Assembly: GCA_964202905.1 (NCBI GenBank) | Contig: CAXNJO010000002.1 | Location: 160,001-224,000 of the forward strand | Length of the DNA: 64,000 nucleotides | Reading direction: 5' to 3' | Source of the DNA: Polyangiales bacterium | GTDB lineage: Bacteria; Myxococcota_A; Polyangia; Polyangiales; JADJQN01 | In this document: positions 58,986 through 64,000 of the stretch, piece by piece | Position numbering within the stretch: position 1 is the stretch's first letter | Layout: the number at the start of each line of letters is the position of its first letter | Made by a program: the position numbers and the translations under genes | Notes under the pieces: generated by a model | Database searches by the model: none | What the model saw: the letters and a program-made list of their open reading frames with translations, nothing else | What the model was told of the DNA's origin: nothing

Positions 58986-61179
58986 GTGACGAACGCGTCA
59001 CGCTCCGGCTCCGCCCCCGCCGCCCCGCACCTCCGCCGCGCCTCCTCCGCCCGCCGCGGGAGGCGACGCCGCCGGCGAGGAGCAGCTCCCCAAGCGCTTC
59101 GGCAAGTACACGCTGATCCGCAAGATCGCCATCGGCGGCATGGCCGAGATCTTCCTCGCGCTGCAGCGCAGCGTCGCGGGCTTCGAGAAGATCATCGTCG
59201 TCAAGCGCATCCTCCCGCACCTCGCGAAGGACTCGCAGTTCGTCACGATGCTCCTCGACGAGGCGCGCATCGCCGCCACGCTCAACCACCCGAACGTCGC
59301 GCAGATCTACGACGTCGGTCAGCACGACGGGCAGTTCTACATCGCCATGGAGCACGTCCACGGCGAAGATCTCCGCAGCGTCGTGCGCGCGATGAAGGGG
59401 AAGAACGTCACGTCCTTCCCGCTCGAGCACTCGCTCGCGATCATCCTCGGCATGAGCGCCGGGCTCTCGTACGCGCACGAGCAGCGCACGCTCGACGGCG
59501 AGCCGATGAACATCGTGCACCGCGACGTCAGCCCGCAGAACGTGCTGGTCACGTTCAACGGCGACGTGAAGCTCGTCGACTTCGGCATCGCGAAGGCCGG
59601 CCGCAGCAGCGCCGAGGACACCAAGAGCGGCAAGCTCAAGGGCAAGGTCCCCTACATGAGCCCCGAGCAGGCGCAGGGCCTCGAGCTCGACGCGCGCTCG
59701 GACGTCTTCGCGCTCGGCGTGATGCTCTTCGAGCTGACCACCGGGCGCCGCCTCTTCCGCGGCGGCACCGACTTCGAGACGTTGAAGATGATCGTCGAGC
59801 AGCCGTATCCGGCGCCCCGCTCGATCAACCCGAACCTCTCGCCGCGCCTCGAGGCCATCATCCAGCGCGCCCTCGAGAAGGACGTCGCCCGCCGCTACCA
59901 GTCCGCGCGCGAGCTGCAGGCCGAGCTCGAGGACTACATCCGGCAAGAGAAGCTCGCCGTCAGCCCCATCTCGCTCGGCGAGTGGATGCAGATGCTCTTC
60001 GCCGAGAAGCTCTCCCAGCAGAAGCAGATGCTGATGGAGGGCCGGCAGCTCGCGGAGATCATCGCGGTGCAGGCCGCCGCCGAAGAAGAGGCCGAGCGCG
60101 CGCTGCAGACCAACTCCGGCGTGCGCGATCGCAAGCCGAGCCGCGCGCCCTGGATCGCGCTCGCGGCGGTGCTCGTCGCCGCGATCGCGGGCGGCGCCTT
60201 CCTGACGATGCGGCTGCGCAGCGCCGAGGCGCCCCGCGGGCCAGGCGTGCTCGTCGTGCAGAGCACGCCGCCCGGCGCCGCGATCTGGCTCGACGGCGAC
60301 CTGCAGAACGCGCGCACGCCGGCGACCCTGCGGCAGCTCCCGGTCGGCGTCGCGCACTCGCTCAAGCTCACGCACGACGGCTACGCGCCCTTCACGCAGA
60401 GCCTCTTGATGACGCAGGCGCAGCCGCGCGCCGAGGTGACGGCGACGCTCGCGCGGCAGAGCGCCGCCGACCTCTCCGTCGTGAACGTCCGGTCCACGCC
60501 GCCCGGCGCGCGCGTGCTCTTCGACGGGCGCGACACCGGCAAGACGACGCCCGCGACGCTCCCCGAGATCGCGCCGGGCGTCGAGCACACCATCGCGCTC
60601 TCGCTCGACGGCTGGGTCACCCGGAGCGAGACGCTGCTCCTCGAGCGTGGCCAGGTGCGCGACCTCGCGGCGACGCTCGAGCGCGCGCCGCTCGGGCCCG
60701 CGGAGGCGCTCCTCACCATCACGGCCGACCCCCCGGACACGCGCGTGCGCCTCGGCGATCGCGTGCTCGAGGGCGGGAGTCCGTGGGAGGTGCGCCTCCC
60801 GGCGGCGCGCATGCGGCTCGTGCTCGAGCACGCCGGCTACCGGACCCAGGAGCACAACCTCGCGCCGGCGGGTGGGCAGGCGACGCCGCTCTCGTACCAG
60901 CTCGAGCGGGAGCGTGAGCGCGACCGCCCAAGCGGCGGCGAGACAGCGACCCCGCCGCCCTCCGCGGGCGGTCCGGGCACGCTCACCTTCGCGGCAACGC
61001 CCTGGTGCAACGTGACGATCGACGGCGCACCCGCGGGGCAGACGCCGATCGTCAACAAGCAGCTGCCCGCAGGGCGTCACCGCATCGTCTGCGAGAACCC
61101 GGAGATCGGGGCGTCCCGTACGGTGCAGGTCGAGATCGTCGCGGGGCAGGCGACGCGGCAGCGCGTCTCGCTGCCGTAG
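58986..61179 (+). CDS. Hanks-type Ser/Thr kinase with TM helix and multiple PEGA domains; probable frameshift near 59015
   Basis: FGKYTLIRKIAIGGMAEIF, HRDVSPQN, DFG, GKVPYMSPEQ and STPPGA repeats. Kinase subdomain I lies upstream of ATG 59140 with an in-frame stop at 58987; GTG 58986 with GAGGA is one base out of frame. Confidence 0.9.
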
Positions 61180-61240
61180 GCCGCCGGCCGCGTCCGCAGG
61201 GCGCGACCGCCTCCCGCGCCGAAGGACGCCCCACGACGCG

Positions 61241-62203
61241 ATGTCGCCCGCTCTCCCCGACGCGCCCCGCCGCTCCACGCAGCGGGCGCGCGCGCTGCTC
61301 GCGCTGAAGGTGCTCGTGACCTGCGCGGTGTTCGCGTACCTCGCGACGCTGGTGCGCGGCCCGGCGCTCGCGGCGGCGTTCGGGCGCGCGACGGCGCCGC
61401 GCTTCGTGGGCGCGATCGCGGTCGCGCTGATCGCGATCGCGGTCGGCGCCGCGCGCTGGGGTGCGCTCGTCACCGCCTACGGCGCACCGGCGCGCCCGCC
61501 GTTCTTGCGCCTCATTCGCCTCTATTTGATTGGGTATTTCTACAATTTTCTGCCGGGCGCGGTGGGCGGCGACGTCGTGCGCGGGCTCGCGACGCGCGAG
61601 AGTTTCGGCGCAGGCGGCGGCACGGCGGCGGTGGCGGTGGTGCTCGTCGAGCGCGTCCTCGGGCTCACCGGGCTCCTCGGCATCACGGCGACGATGGCGC
61701 TCCTGCGGCCCGCGCAGGCCGTGGCGGACGTGCTGCCGTGGTCGCTGCTCGGGCTGGGGATCGCGGGCTGTGCCGTCGCCGGCATCTCCCTCGCGCACCG
61801 CGTCGCGCCGCGCCTCCCGCGGCTCCTCCGAGCCTTCGCGGGGCGCCTCCCTGCGCTGACGCGACCGAGGGCGTTCGTCGGCGCGCTCGTGCTCTCCTTC
61901 GGGACGCAGTCGCTCGTCGCGCTCGCCGCGCACCTCATCCTCGCGGAGATCGCGCCCGCGGTGACGCTCGCCGACTCGCTCGCGCTCGTCCCGCTCGCCT
62001 CGGCGGCCGCGTATTTTCCGCTCACGCCGGGGGGTGCGGGCGCGCGCGAGGGCGCCTTCGTCGCGCTCTTCGCCGCCATCGGCGTCGCCCGCGAGGATGC
62101 GCTCGCCGCGTCGCTGCTGATCCTCGCGGCGAACCTCTGCGTCGCCGCGATCGGCGGCGCGCTGCAGCTCGCCACGCCACGCGACGAGACGGGGGCGCGT
62201 TGA
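61241..62203 (+). CDS. Lysylphosphatidylglycerol-synthase TM domain (UPF0104 flippase-like) protein
   Basis: RW...LYLIGYFYNFLPGAVGGDVVR, ERVLG and PLTPGGAGAREG. Confidence 0.9.
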   Translation: MSPALPDAPRRSTQRARALLALKVLVTCAVFAYLATLVRGPALAAAFGRATAPRFVGAIAVALIAIAVGAARWGALVTAYGAPARPPFLRLIRLYLIGYFYNFLPGAVGGDVVRGLATRESFGAGGGTAAVAVVLVERVLGLTGLLGITATMALLRPAQAVADVLPWSLLGLGIAGCAVAGISLAHRVAPRLPRLLRAFAGRLPALTRPRAFVGALVLSFGTQSLVALAAHLILAEIAPAVTLADSLALVPLASAAAYFPLTPGGAGAREGAFVALFAAIGVAREDALAASLLILAANLCVAAIGGALQLATPRDETGAR

Positions 62204-64000
62204 CCAGCGCCCGGGCCACCGAGGCGCGGGCCGACGCGCGCACGTTTGGACTGCCGCTCCGCGCCCGCGGCGCCGCGCTCGCCGCCGCCTCGTGCGTGCT
62301 GCTCTACGACCTCGCGACGCTCTCGCGCGACCTCGGCTTCTACGACTCCGCGGAGCTCGCGCTCGTCGCCGTGCAGCTCGGCCTCTCGCACCCGATCGGG
62401 CAGCCCGTGCACACGCTGCTCGGCGCCGCGTTCGCGCACCTCCCCGGCGTGCCACCGCTCGTCGGCCTCTCGCTCCTCTCCGCGCTCGCGCACGCGCTCT
62501 CGGCGCTGCCCGCGCTCTCGATCGCCGAGGCGCTCGCCCCCGACGACACGACGACACGCGGCCGCGACGTCGCGCGCGCGGCGGTGGTCGCGGGCCTCTC
62601 GCTCGCGTGGCCGCTCTGGGAAGCGGCGACCCGCGTCGAGGTCTACGCGCTCTCGGGCCTGCTCTCGTGCTGGTCGCTCGCGCGCGCGGTCGGGATCCTC
62701 CACGCGCCGGTGCGCCCCACGGCGACCCGCGACGCCCTCGCCGTGGGCCTCGCGCTCGGCCTGCTCGGCGCGACGAACGCCTACCACGCCGTGCTCACCG
62801 CGGCCGCGATCCTGCCCGCGCTGCTCGGCGCGCTGCGCGCCCGCGTGCTCGGTCCGCGCGCGCTCGCCGCGCTCGTCGGGGGCGGGTTGATCGGCCTGCT
62901 CCCCTACGCGTACGTGCCGCTCGTCGCCGGGCGCACCGACGTGATCGTGTGGGGCGCGCCGACGGACGCCGCGTCGCTGCTCGCCTACTTCCGCGGCGCG
63001 GACTACGCGCGCAACCGCGGGATCGACGCGGCGGGGTTCGTCGCGCACGCGCTCTCCTGGCTGCGCTGGTCGGTCCCCGCGGGCGTGCTGCCGGCGCTGC
63101 TCGTCGGGATCGCGGGGCACGTGGCGCTCGGACGCGGGCGCGCGCTCGGGCGCGCGTGTGCGGCAATGCTCGCGCTCGGCTCGATCGCGCTGCTCTGCTC
63201 GCACGTCGTCTTCCACCCGGACATCACGGACTACGTGGACTACCTGGCGCCCGCGCTGCTCGTCGCGGCCGCCGGCTCCGCAGCGCTCGTGCACCGGATG
63301 GCAGGCCTGTCCGCGCGCGGCCCGGCCCTCGCGGCGCTGCTCGCGATCGCGCTCGTCGGCGCAGCGCTCTCCGCAGGCCCCGCCGTGCACGCGCGGACGC
63401 GCGCCTCCGACCACGCCGCGCGCGTGCTCGCCGCGGGCGCGCTCGACGAGACGCCGCGGGGCGCGATCCTCGTCATCGGCCCCGATCATTGGGCCGCGCC
63501 GATGCTCTACCTGCAGGAGGTCGAGCACCGCCGCCCCGACGTCGTCCTCGTGCTGCACGGGCTCGCCAGCTCGTCCTGGTATTGGGAGCACCTGGCGCGG
63601 CGGCACCCGGATCTCCCGCCCTTCCCCTTGCGCGGGCCCGGCGGTCGCGACGCGCGCATCCGCCGTCTGCTCGCGGCGGCCGGGGACCGCGCCGTGCACG
63701 TCTCGGGGCTCGAGCTCGCGCGGGCGGTCGGCATGGCGCCGTGCGAGGTCGGCTACCTCGCGCGCGTCCGGCCCTGCGGCGCCCGGGGCGCGGCGCCCGC
63801 CCTCGACGCCGCGGAGGCCAACGCCGCGCTCGCCCGCGCGATGCGCGCCGTCGACACCGGCTCCCCCGCGAGCGACGGCGCGCTCGCCGACGTCGCCCTC
63901 GTCCGCGGAGAGCTGCTCTGGCGACTCGGGCGCCCCGCGACGGCGCTGCACGCGCTCCTCGCCGGCGTACCGCCGTCGCTGCGCCCCGCGACGCCACCGC
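62200..64000 (+). CDS. DUF2723 / TMEM260-like GT-C membrane glycosyltransferase (3' truncated)
   Basis: My translation from TTG 62200 (TTGA overlap) gives LSRDLGFYDSAELALVAVQLGLSHPIGQP...ATRVEVYAL...YLQEVEHRRPDV; open to the window end. Confidence 0.82.
   Translation, partial: MTSARATEARADARTFGLPLRARGAALAAASCVLLYDLATLSRDLGFYDSAELALVAVQLGLSHPIGQPVHTLLGAAFAHLPGVPPLVGLSLLSALAHALSALPALSIAEALAPDDTTTRGRDVARAAVVAGLSLAWPLWEAATRVEVYALSGLLSCWSLARAVGILHAPVRPTATRDALAVGLALGLLGATNAYHAVLTAAAILPALLGALRARVLGPRALAALVGGGLIGLLPYAYVPLVAGRTDVIVWGAPTDAASLLAYFRGADYARNRGIDAAGFVAHALSWLRWSVPAGVLPALLVGIAGHVALGRGRALGRACAAMLALGSIALLCSHVVFHPDITDYVDYLAPALLVAAAGSAALVHRMAGLSARGPALAALLAIALVGAALSAGPAVHARTRASDHAARVLAAGALDETPRGAILVIGPDHWAAPMLYLQEVEHRRPDVVLVLHGLASSSWYWEHLARRHPDLPPFPLRGPGGRDARIRRLLAAAGDRAVHVSGLELARAVGMAPCEVGYLARVRPCGARGAAPALDAAEANAALARAMRAVDTGSPASDGALADVALVRGELLWRLGRPATALHALLAGVPPSLRPATPP

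Overview
Very GC-rich bacterial chromosomal segment, roughly three quarters GC by eye. Gene content points to Myxococcota (Polyangia-like): PEGA-domain Ser/Thr kinases, a TIGR02266-like PilZ protein and Cys-rich lipoproteins. About 45 CDSs mix housekeeping genes (pyrB, pyrR, ccmE, HU, ybeY, eno, nth, lgt, regA/regB-like, sppA, mutS2, mutL, miaA, hflX, MATE) with large envelope proteins. I saw no rRNA, tRNA, CRISPR array, prophage or transposase. At least seven genes carry frameshifts, several at G/C runs, most likely long-read assembly errors. Most notable observations: (1) many genes have a TANNNT-like -10 box, sometimes with a -35 box at 17-18 nt spacing, only 5-9 nt before the start codon and no Shine-Dalgarno, which suggests widespread leaderless mRNA; (2) a biotin carboxylase paralogue that has lost nearly all catalytic residues and gained a ~140-aa insert; (3) an exported lipoprotein with six PPC domains and an intact caspase His/Cys dyad; (4) SppA fused to a FadL/PorV-like N-terminal barrel; (5) a lipoprotein with 12 tandem calcium-binding EGF repeats; (6) miaA running in frame into a pseudo-receiver domain where hfq usually lies. 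All calls come from motif recognition by eye; no searches were run.
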